From Bacteroidota bacterium (GTDB lineage: Bacteria > Bacteroidota > Ignavibacteria > UBA10030 > UBA8401), in assembly GCA_035298825.1 (NCBI GenBank), contig DATGXR010000208.1:22473-86472 (forward strand): DNA of 64,000 bases, read 5' to 3'. The notes beneath the pieces are model-generated. The model was given only the letters and a program-made list of their open reading frames with translations. It ran no database searches and was not told where the DNA came from. Every line of letters begins with the position of its first letter. Positions within the stretch are counted from its first letter, which is position 1. Below are positions 21,362 through 30,966 of the stretch, piece after piece. A program made the position numbers and the translations under genes.

Positions 21362-22657
21362 ATGATGATGAACGATCGCGGCATACGGGACGACGGCCCG
21401 GGACATCCGATTCCTAAAATTTCATCGATTGAATTTGCGCTGACGATCGCGGGACTCGGAGTGCTGTACGTATTGCTCTATGCGACACAGATGATCTGGT
21501 CGCCGATGGTGCTGATCATCGCTCTTGTTGTGATCCTGTCGCCGTTGCGCACGATCCCCGCAATAAAAAATATCATCATCTTCGCATCGATCATCTTTGC
21601 GATCTGGCTTGTGAAAACGCTCCAAATGGTGCTTGCCCCCTTCGTCATTGCACTGCTGCTTTCATATTTGCTGCACCCGATCGTTTCCCGGCTGGAAAAA
21701 CGGAACATCCCGCGTTGGGCATCGACGCTGTTCATCATCATCTGCGCGCTTGCGATCATCGTGCTGCTGCTCATCGGGATCGTGCCGATGATCATCCAGC
21801 AGTTAGGCTCGATTCTCCAGACGTTCAGCGCGATCACGTCGCAATTTTCGAACTGGCTGCTGAACGGGAGCATGTTCCGGACACTGCACCGATTCGGCGT
21901 TTCGAACGGACAGCTGCACCAATTCCTCACAGATACAATCGCTCCTCGCGTGCAGGATGTGCTGAAGGCGATCCTGCAGGGCGCGTTCGGCCTCGTGAGC
22001 GAATTCAGCGCGGTGCTCACCGGCATCGTGAATATCGTCATCATTCCGTTCCTCACATTTTTCATGCTGAAGGATTTTCCGTTGATGAAGCATCGCGTCA
22101 AGATGCTCATTCCCCGCGCGCATCGCGAGAAGGCCGTCGTGTATTACTCGTACATCGAAGACATCCTCGGCCGCTATCTGCGCGGGGCGATGATCATCGC
22201 GATCTTCGATGGCATCACGGTCAGCACGCTCTTCTGGCTGATCGGCATTCCATATTCGATGGTGCTGGGATTGATGTCCGGATTTCTTTCGTTCATTCCG
22301 TATTTCGGATTCCTGACAATGCTTGCCATCACCACCGTTGCAAGCACGCTGGAGCCGGATCAGGTTTTGCTGCACATGCTGCTTGGCATGGGAGTCGTCT
22401 CCTCGCTTCACGTCATTGAAACCTACGTGCTTGCGCCCAAGATCATCGGCAGCAAACTGGGTCTCCATCCGGTCATTCTGATCCTTTCGTTGTTCGTATT
22501 CGGATATTTTTTCGGCTTTCTCGGATTCCTGATCGCTATTCCGCTGGCATCGATCATCATCACGCTTGTGACCGAATGGGAAAAAAAGCGTCGGGCAAAC
22601 GGAATACAGGAGGAGGATGCGGATGCCGGATCGCAGCCGTCGGAGACAACACTGTAA
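21362..22657 (+). CDS. AI-2E family transporter (PerM/UPF0118-like membrane protein)
   Basis: 431 aa with 8 TM helices and a central loop, architecture and composition typical of the AI-2E family (...FVIALLLSYLLHPIVSRLEKRNIPRWASTLFIIICALAII...). Confidence 0.8.
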   Translation: MMMNDRGIRDDGPGHPIPKISSIEFALTIAGLGVLYVLLYATQMIWSPMVLIIALVVILSPLRTIPAIKNIIIFASIIFAIWLVKTLQMVLAPFVIALLLSYLLHPIVSRLEKRNIPRWASTLFIIICALAIIVLLLIGIVPMIIQQLGSILQTFSAITSQFSNWLLNGSMFRTLHRFGVSNGQLHQFLTDTIAPRVQDVLKAILQGAFGLVSEFSAVLTGIVNIVIIPFLTFFMLKDFPLMKHRVKMLIPRAHREKAVVYYSYIEDILGRYLRGAMIIAIFDGITVSTLFWLIGIPYSMVLGLMSGFLSFIPYFGFLTMLAITTVASTLEPDQVLLHMLLGMGVVSSLHVIETYVLAPKIIGSKLGLHPVILILSLFVFGYFFGFLGFLIAIPLASIIITLVTEWEKKRRANGIQEEDADAGSQPSETTL

Positions 22658-22658
22658 C

Positions 22659-22688
22659 GGCCCGGTGAACCGTACCGGCCTTTTTTTT
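22659..22688 (+). terminator. rho-independent terminator after the AI-2E transporter gene
   Basis: GGCCCGGTgaaccgtACCGGCC followed by TTTTTTTT. Confidence 0.6.
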
Positions 22689-22704
22689 CATCATTATCCT
22701 GAGT

Positions 22705-23388
22705 ATGGATCAAACAGGTATCTTATATCTGGTCGCAACGCCGATCGGCAACTATGCAGATATTACTTTCAGAGCAGTCGATGTGTTGAAATCGGTCGAC
22801 GTCGTTGTCTATGAAGAGCGCAAGGAGGGCAACAGGCTCCTTCGCCATCTCGGCATCGAAAAGCCGGTCGAAAGCCTCAACGAGCACAACGAGCAGGCCG
22901 CAACATTCCACATCCTTGATTTTTTAAAAACGGGAAAGAACGTCGCCGTGATTTCCGACTGCGGCACGCCAGTGTTTTCAGATCCGGGACAGCTGCTTGT
23001 GCGCAAGGCGGTCGAACTGAAGATCAGGGTCGTGCCGATTCCCGGCGCCTCGTCGCTGATGCCGGCGCTCACGGTCTCGGGTTTCTCGATCGATCAGTTC
23101 ATTTATTACGGATGGCTGTCGCCGAAGCGCCCGCGACGGCTTGCAGAGCTGGAACAGCTCAGACGTGAACGCCGCACGATCGTACTGATGGACACGCCGT
23201 ACAGGCTTCTCGCGCTCCTGAAAGACATCGCCGACGTGTTCGGCACGGAACGGAAACTCTGCGTGGCGTTCGATCTGACGCTTCCGGGTGAGGAAATTTT
23301 CCACGGCACCGCAGTCTCGCTCTATCAAAAACTCTCGGCTGAAGAGAGGAAGGGCGAATTCGTCGTGGTGATCGACCGGTTGAAATGA
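22705..23388 (+). CDS. rsmI: 16S rRNA (cytidine1402-2'-O)-methyltransferase RsmI (tetrapyrrole-methylase fold)
   Basis: MDQTGILYLVATPIGNYADITFRAVDVLKSVDVVVYEERKEGNRLLRHLGIEKP...ISDCGTPVFSDPG... is diagnostic of RsmI. Confidence 0.85.
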   Translation: MDQTGILYLVATPIGNYADITFRAVDVLKSVDVVVYEERKEGNRLLRHLGIEKPVESLNEHNEQAATFHILDFLKTGKNVAVISDCGTPVFSDPGQLLVRKAVELKIRVVPIPGASSLMPALTVSGFSIDQFIYYGWLSPKRPRRLAELEQLRRERRTIVLMDTPYRLLALLKDIADVFGTERKLCVAFDLTLPGEEIFHGTAVSLYQKLSAEERKGEFVVVIDRLK

Positions 23389-23504
23389 TTTCGGATGCGT
23401 CGGCTATGCCACAGGATGTGCTCTGTGTGGTCACGTGTGTGTGCGTGTGCTGCGGCGCGCATGACGGGAGTTGCGTTCACCGCGCAATTTCATTATGTTA
23501 CACT

Positions 23505-24533
23505 ATGTTACTCTCACGCCACATAGAAAATGACCGCAGGGCGCCCGAGTTGTACGGCAGCTTCTGGTTTAACAGCAAACCGCTCACACTGCGCTCGATG
23601 CAGGGCGATGTGGTGCTGTTGTTTTTCTGGGATCACACTTCGATCAGTTCGCTTCGCATTCTGAAGCATATCAATCGTCTGCACGAGCAGTACGGATCGA
23701 TCGGATTGAGAGTCATCGGCGTGCAGGTCTCCGAATATGCCCTGATCCGCGATCCGGTGAAAAAGGAAGAGATCATCAAATCGTACGGCATCAAATTTCC
23801 GATTGTGGCGGACGATGAGCATCGCATCGCCGATTCGTACCGTATCGGACCGCTTCCGATCGTTGTCCTGATCGCACCGTCTGGCGACATCTACGACACG
23901 CAGGAACCGAAAGGATCGATCTCGCGCCTCGAACGCTCGGTTCAGTATCTGATGCGCCAGGCTGGATATTTCGGCGAGCTGCCGTTCGTTGAATACACCG
24001 ACTATCCGTCGCGCGATTTTTCTGTCGGGATGATCACTCCTGATTTCGATCTCGGATACATACGAGGATCGCTCGGCAACAGCGAGGGATACAGTCCCGA
24101 GCTGCCTGCCGAATATCACGATCCCGAGGTCTATGTGGATGGAAAATTTTACGCCGAGGGTGTCTGGATTGCGGGGCGCACATCATTTGCGTTTGCGGGC
24201 GAAAGTCCCGGCTATCTGTTGTTTTCGTACACGGGCAACGATGTGGGCATCGTCATAGGAAATGAAAACGGCGTCGATACAGTCGCTGTGACAGTTGATG
24301 GCAGTCCGATTGAGGCCGGACTCTGGGGATCAGATATCCGCCTCGACGATGCGGGATCGACCGTGGTTCGCTCGGGACTGCTCCGGTCCCAACATCTCAT
24401 CAGCAGCCGTGCGGTGAGCAGTCATATTGTGAAGCTGATCCCGAAACGCAGCGGGACGACGTTTTACGGAGTCGCGTTCGTCCCGTTTGAACCTATCAGC
24501 GAAGCAGACAAAGCATCGTTCCGTAACAATTGA
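23505..24533 (+). CDS. thioredoxin-fold (redoxin/AhpC-TSA-like) protein with degenerate active site, plus C-terminal domain of unknown function
   Basis: ...LRSMQGDVVLLFFWDHTSISSLRILKHINRLHEQYGSIGLRVIGVQVSEYA...KFPIVADDEHRIADSYRIGPLPIVVLIAPSGDI has the thioredoxin-like fold with the CxxC position replaced by DHTS. Start uncertain: ATG 23505 (chosen) or ATG 23385 coupled to the rsmI stop; the 23385 start would add a Cys-rich stretch encoded by a (GT)n-like repeat. Confidence 0.6.
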   Translation: MLLSRHIENDRRAPELYGSFWFNSKPLTLRSMQGDVVLLFFWDHTSISSLRILKHINRLHEQYGSIGLRVIGVQVSEYALIRDPVKKEEIIKSYGIKFPIVADDEHRIADSYRIGPLPIVVLIAPSGDIYDTQEPKGSISRLERSVQYLMRQAGYFGELPFVEYTDYPSRDFSVGMITPDFDLGYIRGSLGNSEGYSPELPAEYHDPEVYVDGKFYAEGVWIAGRTSFAFAGESPGYLLFSYTGNDVGIVIGNENGVDTVAVTVDGSPIEAGLWGSDIRLDDAGSTVVRSGLLRSQHLISSRAVSSHIVKLIPKRSGTTFYGVAFVPFEPISEADKASFRNN

Positions 24534-24592
24534 CAGTCGGACGATGTACAGGATGTCGAGGCTCGTACCGGCTCGCGTCTTCTTAATGGTGT

Positions 24593-24618
24593 TGCGGCCT
24601 GCGCCGCATTTTTTTTTT
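24593..24618 (+). terminator. rho-independent terminator
   Basis: TGCGGC-ctgc-GCCGCA followed by T10. Confidence 0.7.
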
Positions 24619-24635
24619 ATTATCGATGGAAGAAT

Positions 24636-25577
24636 ATGGCGATACGTACGCGGATTACTGAACTGTTTGGAATTGACTATCCGTTGAATCAGGCGGGAAT
24701 GGTATGGGTCTCGGGATGGAAGCTTGCGGCGGCCGTCTCGAATGCAGGCGGATTGGGATTGATCGGTGCGGGTTCGATGAAACCGGAACTGCTGCGCGAA
24801 CATCTGCGAAAGATGACTTCCGCCACCTCGAAACCGTGGGGAGTGAATCTGCCGCTCACGCGCGGTGATGTGGAAGAGCTGCTTTCGGTGATCGTTGAAG
24901 AAGGAGTGAAGATCATCTTCACGTCATCCGGAAATCCGGCGGTGTTCGCGCCCCGGTTGAAAGAAAAAGGAATGACTGTCGTACACGTGGTTGCGGCCGT
25001 AAAGCATGCGAAGAAGGCCGAAGCCGCGGGATGCGATGCAATTGTGGCGGAGGGATTCGAAGCCGGGGGACACAACGGATTCGACGAGATCACGACGCTC
25101 TCGCTTGTGCCTCAGGTTGTCGACGCGGTGAAGATTCCCGTAATCGCGGCCGGAGGCATTGCAGACGGCAGGCAGATGCTTGCCGCAATGGTGCTCGGCG
25201 CCGAAGGCGTGCAGATCGGCACGGCGTTCGCTGCGGCCGTCGAATCGTCGGCGCACGAACGCTACAAACACGCCGTCATCGACGCCGACGACGGGGCAAC
25301 AGTCCTCGCATTCAAGAAACTCTCTCCGCTTCGCATGCTCAAGACGCCGTTCGCGCTGAAGGTGCTCGAGGCGGAAGCCGCCGGATCGTCGAAGGACGAA
25401 CTCCGCACACTGAACGGCAAGGGGAGGGAACGTCTTGGCATCTTCGAGGGCAATTGGGAGGAGGGTGAATTCGAGATGGGACAGAGCGCCGGCCTCGTCA
25501 GGGAAATTCTTCCGGCAGCGGAAGTGATTGAACGAATCATACGCGGATACGAAGAGGCGAAACGAACGATCGTCTGA
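24636..25577 (+). CDS. nitronate monooxygenase / FabK-like enoyl-ACP reductase II family (NMO, FMN TIM barrel)
   Basis: MAIRTRITELFGIDYPLNQAGMVWVSGWKLAAAVSNAGGLGLIGAGS...AGGIADGRQMLAAMVLGAEGVQIGTAF is the NMO/FabK signature. Confidence 0.8.
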   Translation: MAIRTRITELFGIDYPLNQAGMVWVSGWKLAAAVSNAGGLGLIGAGSMKPELLREHLRKMTSATSKPWGVNLPLTRGDVEELLSVIVEEGVKIIFTSSGNPAVFAPRLKEKGMTVVHVVAAVKHAKKAEAAGCDAIVAEGFEAGGHNGFDEITTLSLVPQVVDAVKIPVIAAGGIADGRQMLAAMVLGAEGVQIGTAFAAAVESSAHERYKHAVIDADDGATVLAFKKLSPLRMLKTPFALKVLEAEAAGSSKDELRTLNGKGRERLGIFEGNWEEGEFEMGQSAGLVREILPAAEVIERIIRGYEEAKRTIV

Positions 25578-25645
25578 CGCCGGCTCGTCTGCCGCCACAG
25601 TGCTGCTCATGGCGGCGAATCAGGATTCATAACTTAACGGGGCAT

Positions 25646-28600
25646 ATGAAATCATTTCTTGAAACACTGAACGAAAAGATCATCGTCTTCGACGGGGCGA
25701 TGGGAACAAATATCCAGACGCAACATCTCACCGCGGATGATTTCGGCGGCGAACAGTACAACGGATGCAATGAATACCTTCTGATCACAAAACCTTCGGC
25801 CATTGAAAAAGTCCATGCCGACTTCCTGACGGCAGGCGTTGACGTGATCGAAACCGATTCATTCGGTTCGGCTCCCATTGTGCTTGCGGAATACATTCTT
25901 CAGGACCGGGCATACGAGTTGAATGTGAAATCGGCACAGCTTGCAAAAAAGGTCGCGCGCGATTTTTCGAAGCCGGGACATGTGCGCTACGTGGCCGGGT
26001 CGATCGGACCCACCACAAAACTTCCGTCGCTCGGACATATCTCGTTCAAAGAAATGAGTGCCAGTTATTATCTCCAGGTATCCGGTCTGATCGACGGCGG
26101 AGTCGATCTGTTGATGGTTGAAACATGCCAGGATATCCTTCAGACGAAAGCATGTTTAAGCGCTGTTTTTCAATGCTTTAGGGACAAGAAAGTAAAGCTT
26201 CCTGTCGTGGCATCGGTGACGATCGAGCAGACCGGAACCATGCTCATGGGCACAGAGGTCGCCGCGGCGCTCACGGCGCTCGAGCCGTTCGATATCAGCG
26301 TGATCGGCATGAACTGCGCCACCGGACCGAAGGAAATGTCGGAGAACATCCGCTACCTCTGCTCGAACTCGCCGATCCCGGTTTCATGCATTCCGAATGC
26401 GGGCCTGCCCGAAAACGTCGGCGGTCATGCGCATTATCATCTGTCGCCCGAAGATTTTTCGGGCTATCTGAAACATTTCGTGAAGGACCTTGGCGTGAGC
26501 GTCGTGGGCGGATGCTGCGGTACGCGGCCCGAACATCTGCGCGCGCTCGTTGAATCGGTCGGCACACTGTCTCCCCGCAAGCGCACTGTCGAGTTCACGC
26601 CGTCCGCATCCTGTATGTATTCCACATCCCCATTCTATGTCAATCCCGCTCCGGTGATTGTCGGCGAGCGGGCGAATGCGAACGGCTCGAAGAAATTCCG
26701 TGAGCTGCTTCAGGCCGAAGATTACGATTCGATCGTCAACATCGGCAAGGAACAGGTGAAGGAAGGAGCGCACATCCTCGATCTTTGCGTGGCGTACGTC
26801 GGGCGCGACGAGGTTCGCGACATGCACGAGGCGGCATTCCGATACAACACGCAGGTCGCCCTGCCGGTCATGATCGATTCGACCGAGACACCGGTGATTG
26901 AAGAGGCGCTGCAATTGTTTGCCGGAAAATGCATCGTGAACTCCGTCAACATGGAAGACGGCGAGGAGCGCATCAATTCGATCGTTCCGCTCTGCAAGCG
27001 GTACGGCGCGGCTGTCGTGGCGCTCACGATCGATGAAGCGGGCATGGCAAAGACCGCCGAAAAGAAAGCAGCGATCGCCTCGAGGATCTACGATCTTGTC
27101 ATTGGCACATATGGACTGAAGCCGCATGACCTCATCTTCGATACGCTTACGTTCACACTCGGCTCGGGCGAAGAGGAGTTCCGCAAGGCGGGCATCGAAA
27201 CGATCGAAGGCATACGACTGATCAAGAAAAAATTCCCCGAGGTGAAGACTCTGCTCGGCGTGAGCAACATCTCGTTCGGACTCGGCGCGCACATGCGCCA
27301 CGTGCTGAATTCAGTGTTTCTTCATTATGCGATCGAAGCCGGTCTCGATATGGCGATCGTGAATGCGCAAAAAATTCTGCCCCTCTACAAAATCGACGAG
27401 AAGGGACGCGAGCTGTGCCGCCAGTTGATCTTCGACGAGAGGAAATTCGACGGCGATCGATGCGTGTTCGATCCGCTCAGGGAGCTCATGGCGCATTATG
27501 CCGACAAGAAGCACGCGCTGAAAGAGGAGAAGAAGGAACGCGCCGGCACGATTGAGGAGATTTTAAAAAGCAGAATCGTCGACGGTGACAAGCAGGGACT
27601 CAACGAGGATCTCGAGACCGCGCTCAAGACGTACACGCCGCTGGACATCATCAACACGATTCTGCTCGACGGCATGAAGGTCGTGGGCGACCTCTTTGGG
27701 CGCGGCGAGATGCAGCTGCCGTTCGTGCTGCAGTCGGCCGAGGTGATGAAGACGGCAGTGGCGTATCTCGAGCAGTACATGGAAAAATCGGAGACGACGT
27801 CCAAAGGATCGATGGTGCTGGCAACCGTGAAGGGTGATGTGCATGACATCGGCAAGAATCTGGTGGACATCATTCTCACCAATAACGGATATACGGTCCA
27901 CAATATCGGCATCAAGCAGCCAATCGAGAACATCATCAAGAAGCTCGAGGAAACGAATGCCGATGCGATCGGCATGAGCGGACTCCTCGTGAAGTCGACG
28001 CTCGTGATGAAGGAAAATCTCGAGGTGTTGAACGAACGCGGCCTCATGCCGCCGATCGTGCTTGGCGGCGCTGCGCTCACGCGGCGCTACGTGGAAAATG
28101 ATCTTCGGGCGATCTACAAGGGCGTCGTCAGTTATGCAGGCGATGCGTTCGACGGTTTGCATTTCATGGAAAAACTGAAGACGGAAGGCGCCGGAACGTT
28201 CGGGATATCGGCGGTAGCCGACGCGTCGTCTGTAGACGGCGATGAGTTGCTCACGGGTTCGGAAGCGAAGATCGCGCTTTCGCTCAACGAGGAAACACGA
28301 GGATCGAGCGCAGCCGCGGCAGCGCCGAAGGCCGGAGCGACCACATCGCATGTGAAACCGGCCGAAGAAATTCCCGAACCTCCGTTCTGGGGAACACGGG
28401 TGGTGACGGATCTTTCACTCGACGATATTTATCCGTACATCAACGAGTCGGCGCTGATCAAGGGACAGTGGCAGGTGAGGAAGGGGAAGCGCACCGAGGA
28501 TGAATACAGAACGCAGCTCGAAACGTCGATCTATCCCGATCTGCGCGAATTGAAGGAATTGTGCAAGCGAGAACATCTGCTGAAACCGAAAGTCGTCTAC

Positions 28601-29164
28601 GGCTATTTCCCTTGCCAGTCGTCGGGCGACGATCTGATCATCTACGGCGACGACAAAAAAACAGAGCGCACGCGATTCACGTTCCCGCGCCAGACGGACG
28701 ATCGCTTTCTCTGCCTCGCCGATTTTTTCGCCTCTGTCTCGTCAGGCAGGATGGATGTGGTGGCATTTCATATGGTGACGATGGGCCGCGAGGCATCCGA
28801 TTATTCGGCGAAGCTGTTCGCGGCGAACGATTACAAAAAGTATCTCTACTTTCATGGATTGAGCGTCGAAACGACTGAGGCGCTCGCCGAGCTTTGGCAT
28901 AAAAAGATCCGCGAAGAGCTCGGCATCGCATCGCAGGATGCCCCCGAGATCAAACGTCTCTTCAGTCAGGGATATCGGGGATCGCGATACAGTTTCGGAT
29001 ATGCGGCATGCCCGAATCTCGAGGACCATGTGAAACTGTTCGCGCTGCTCGATCCGGGGCAAATCGGAGTGAAGCTGACCGAGGAGTTCATGCTCGAACC
29101 CGAGCAGTCGACAGATGCGATCATCGTGCATCATCCCCAGGCGAAATATTTCAACATCAAATAA
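25646..29164 (+). CDS. metH: cobalamin-dependent methionine synthase MetH (Hcy-binding, pterin-binding, B12-binding, AdoMet activation domains)
   Basis: 1172 aa. Carries ...IVFDGAMGTNIQ..., the B12-binding ...KGDVHDIGKNLVDIIL...SGLL... motif and a C-terminal reactivation domain. Confidence 0.95.
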   Translation: MKSFLETLNEKIIVFDGAMGTNIQTQHLTADDFGGEQYNGCNEYLLITKPSAIEKVHADFLTAGVDVIETDSFGSAPIVLAEYILQDRAYELNVKSAQLAKKVARDFSKPGHVRYVAGSIGPTTKLPSLGHISFKEMSASYYLQVSGLIDGGVDLLMVETCQDILQTKACLSAVFQCFRDKKVKLPVVASVTIEQTGTMLMGTEVAAALTALEPFDISVIGMNCATGPKEMSENIRYLCSNSPIPVSCIPNAGLPENVGGHAHYHLSPEDFSGYLKHFVKDLGVSVVGGCCGTRPEHLRALVESVGTLSPRKRTVEFTPSASCMYSTSPFYVNPAPVIVGERANANGSKKFRELLQAEDYDSIVNIGKEQVKEGAHILDLCVAYVGRDEVRDMHEAAFRYNTQVALPVMIDSTETPVIEEALQLFAGKCIVNSVNMEDGEERINSIVPLCKRYGAAVVALTIDEAGMAKTAEKKAAIASRIYDLVIGTYGLKPHDLIFDTLTFTLGSGEEEFRKAGIETIEGIRLIKKKFPEVKTLLGVSNISFGLGAHMRHVLNSVFLHYAIEAGLDMAIVNAQKILPLYKIDEKGRELCRQLIFDERKFDGDRCVFDPLRELMAHYADKKHALKEEKKERAGTIEEILKSRIVDGDKQGLNEDLETALKTYTPLDIINTILLDGMKVVGDLFGRGEMQLPFVLQSAEVMKTAVAYLEQYMEKSETTSKGSMVLATVKGDVHDIGKNLVDIILTNNGYTVHNIGIKQPIENIIKKLEETNADAIGMSGLLVKSTLVMKENLEVLNERGLMPPIVLGGAALTRRYVENDLRAIYKGVVSYAGDAFDGLHFMEKLKTEGAGTFGISAVADASSVDGDELLTGSEAKIALSLNEETRGSSAAAAAPKAGATTSHVKPAEEIPEPPFWGTRVVTDLSLDDIYPYINESALIKGQWQVRKGKRTEDEYRTQLETSIYPDLRELKELCKREHLLKPKVVYGYFPCQSSGDDLIIYGDDKKTERTRFTFPRQTDDRFLCLADFFASVSSGRMDVVAFHMVTMGREASDYSAKLFAANDYKKYLYFHGLSVETTEALAELWHKKIREELGIASQDAPEIKRLFSQGYRGSRYSFGYAACPNLEDHVKLFALLDPGQIGVKLTEEFMLEPEQSTDAIIVHHPQAKYFNIK

Positions 29165-29439
29165 AACGAATCGCGGCGCACCACTGAGTCCGTGCGGAAA
29201 AGAAAACGAACGATAACACGCGGCGCGTAATGGCGGCTGAAAAAAAACGAGCGATAACACGCGGGCGCGGCGCGCGTGCAGATTATTTGTGCAGAGTTGT
29301 AAATTTGTGCCGGATTTAGTATTTTATCGGCGCTTCATGCCCATTGGGCATGGAAACCGCTCTGCCAGGCCGGACGTGCGTTCCGGCTGATATGATCACG
29401 CAACAATCACAAACACAAAAAAAAGGGATCGGACGAATC

Positions 29440-30075
29440 ATGGGAAATCTCGTATTAGTGCGCCACGGCGAATCACAATGGAATCTTGAAAACCGTTTTA
29501 CCGGATGGGTCGATGTGCCCCTGTCCCCGAAGGGCGAACAGGAAGCGCGCGCGGCCGGCGAGAAGCTCAAGGGCTATAAATTCGACAAGGCATTCACATC
29601 CGTGCTGCAGCGCGCCAACAATACGCTGAAGGCGATCCTCGAGGCGACAGGGCAGGCAAATATTCCGGTCGAATACGATCAGGCGCTGAACGAGAGGCAT
29701 TACGGGGCGCTTCAGGGACTGAACAAGGCCGAAACTGCCGAAAAATACGGCGATGCGCAGGTGAAGATCTGGCGCCGCAGCTACGATGTTCCGCCCCCGG
29801 CAGACAAGACTGAATTGAATCCGGACGGCATCAGCGAGAGCCTCAAGGACACGGCTGCGCGAACGCTTCCGTACTATGAAAAGCATATTCTTCCCGAGAT
29901 CCTGGCCGGAAAAAACATCATCATTGCGGCGCACGGCAACAGCCTTCGCTCGATCGTCATGTATCTCGAGGACCTCACGAAGGAGCAGGTGCTTGAGCTG
30001 AACATTCCGACGGGCGCGCCGCTGCTCTATGTCTTTGATGCGAACGGGGCGATTGTAGACCACAAATATCTGTAA
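29440..30075 (+). CDS. gpmA: 2,3-bisphosphoglycerate-dependent phosphoglycerate mutase
   Basis: [29 protein letters not shown]...[12 protein letters not shown]...[12 protein letters not shown].... Start at the internal ATG 29440; the ORF track begins at 29344. Confidence 0.9.
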   Translation: MGNLVLVRHGESQWNLENRFTGWVDVPLSPKGEQEARAAGEKLKGYKFDKAFTSVLQRANNTLKAILEATGQANIPVEYDQALNERHYGALQGLNKAETAEKYGDAQVKIWRRSYDVPPPADKTELNPDGISESLKDTAARTLPYYEKHILPEILAGKNIIIAAHGNSLRSIVMYLEDLTKEQVLELNIPTGAPLLYVFDANGAIVDHKYL

Positions 30076-30237
30076 TATTTTTCTCGCTGTATTGATATTC
30101 GGTCTTGTTTTTACTATCATAGGAAATACGACGATCAAGTCCGATCTGAGGCGATCCGGAAGCAGGAACCGCCGACCATCCGAATTTCAGACAGATTCAA
30201 CCCTCATTACTTTTTTTTTGTTTAAGGAGACTTTCTC

Positions 30238-30576
30238 ATGGCAACAAAGATCACAGAAGAATGCATCAACTGCGGTGCATGCGAGCCCGAATGTCCGAAC
30301 ACAGCCATCTATGCCGGCGGCGCGCAGTACGAATTGAACGGCACAACATCCGACGCTTTGTCGAATGATTTTTATTATATCGTTCCCGAGAAATGCACCG
30401 AATGCGTCGGCCACTTCGATCAGGAGCAATGCGCCTCGGTATGTCCTGTTGACTGCTGCGTACCCGATGAATCGCGTGTTGAAACAGAAGACGCTCTTCT
30501 CGAACGCGCCAAACAGATTCATCCGGAACGCGCATTCACAGAGTTAAGCGCGGCGAATTCGCACTTCCGCAAATAA
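30238..30576 (+). CDS. 4Fe-4S dicluster ferredoxin
   Basis: CINCGACEPECP and CTECVGHFDQEQCASVCP cysteine clusters, with a strong Shine-Dalgarno (AAGGAG). Confidence 0.85.
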   Translation: MATKITEECINCGACEPECPNTAIYAGGAQYELNGTTSDALSNDFYYIVPEKCTECVGHFDQEQCASVCPVDCCVPDESRVETEDALLERAKQIHPERAFTELSAANSHFRK

Positions 30577-30642
30577 TCTCGTGTTCCACTTGTAAATGAA
30601 GTCGGTTCGTCGCATTCGATGGACCGGCTTTCTTTATTTTAA

Positions 30643-30966
30643 ATGCGAACGATGGCACGAATCAGAATTGCCGGTGTTGAAGAGTTAAAGGGCCGCCGTG
30701 GCATTCTCCGCAACGCGGCCGGAGAAGAGATCGCGCTGTTCAGCGTGGAGGGGACGGTGTATGCCGTGAGCAATTATTGTCCTCATCAGCATGCATCGAA
30801 ATTGCATGAGAGTCTCGTCGAGGGAACAATCATTACCTGTCCGATGCATGGCTGGTCGTTCGATCTCTGCACGGGAGCGCCCGTGAATGCGAGTGGGAGA
30901 CTGAAAAAATTTCCGATCGAAGTGAAGGGATCCGATGTGTACGTGACGATCGATGACGAACAGTGA
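30643..30966 (+). CDS. Rieske [2Fe-2S] domain protein (NirD-like small subunit)
   Basis: ...YCPHQHASKL...CPMHGW..., i.e. Rieske CxH...CxxH ligands. Confidence 0.8.
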   Translation: MRTMARIRIAGVEELKGRRGILRNAAGEEIALFSVEGTVYAVSNYCPHQHASKLHESLVEGTIITCPMHGWSFDLCTGAPVNASGRLKKFPIEVKGSDVYVTIDDEQ

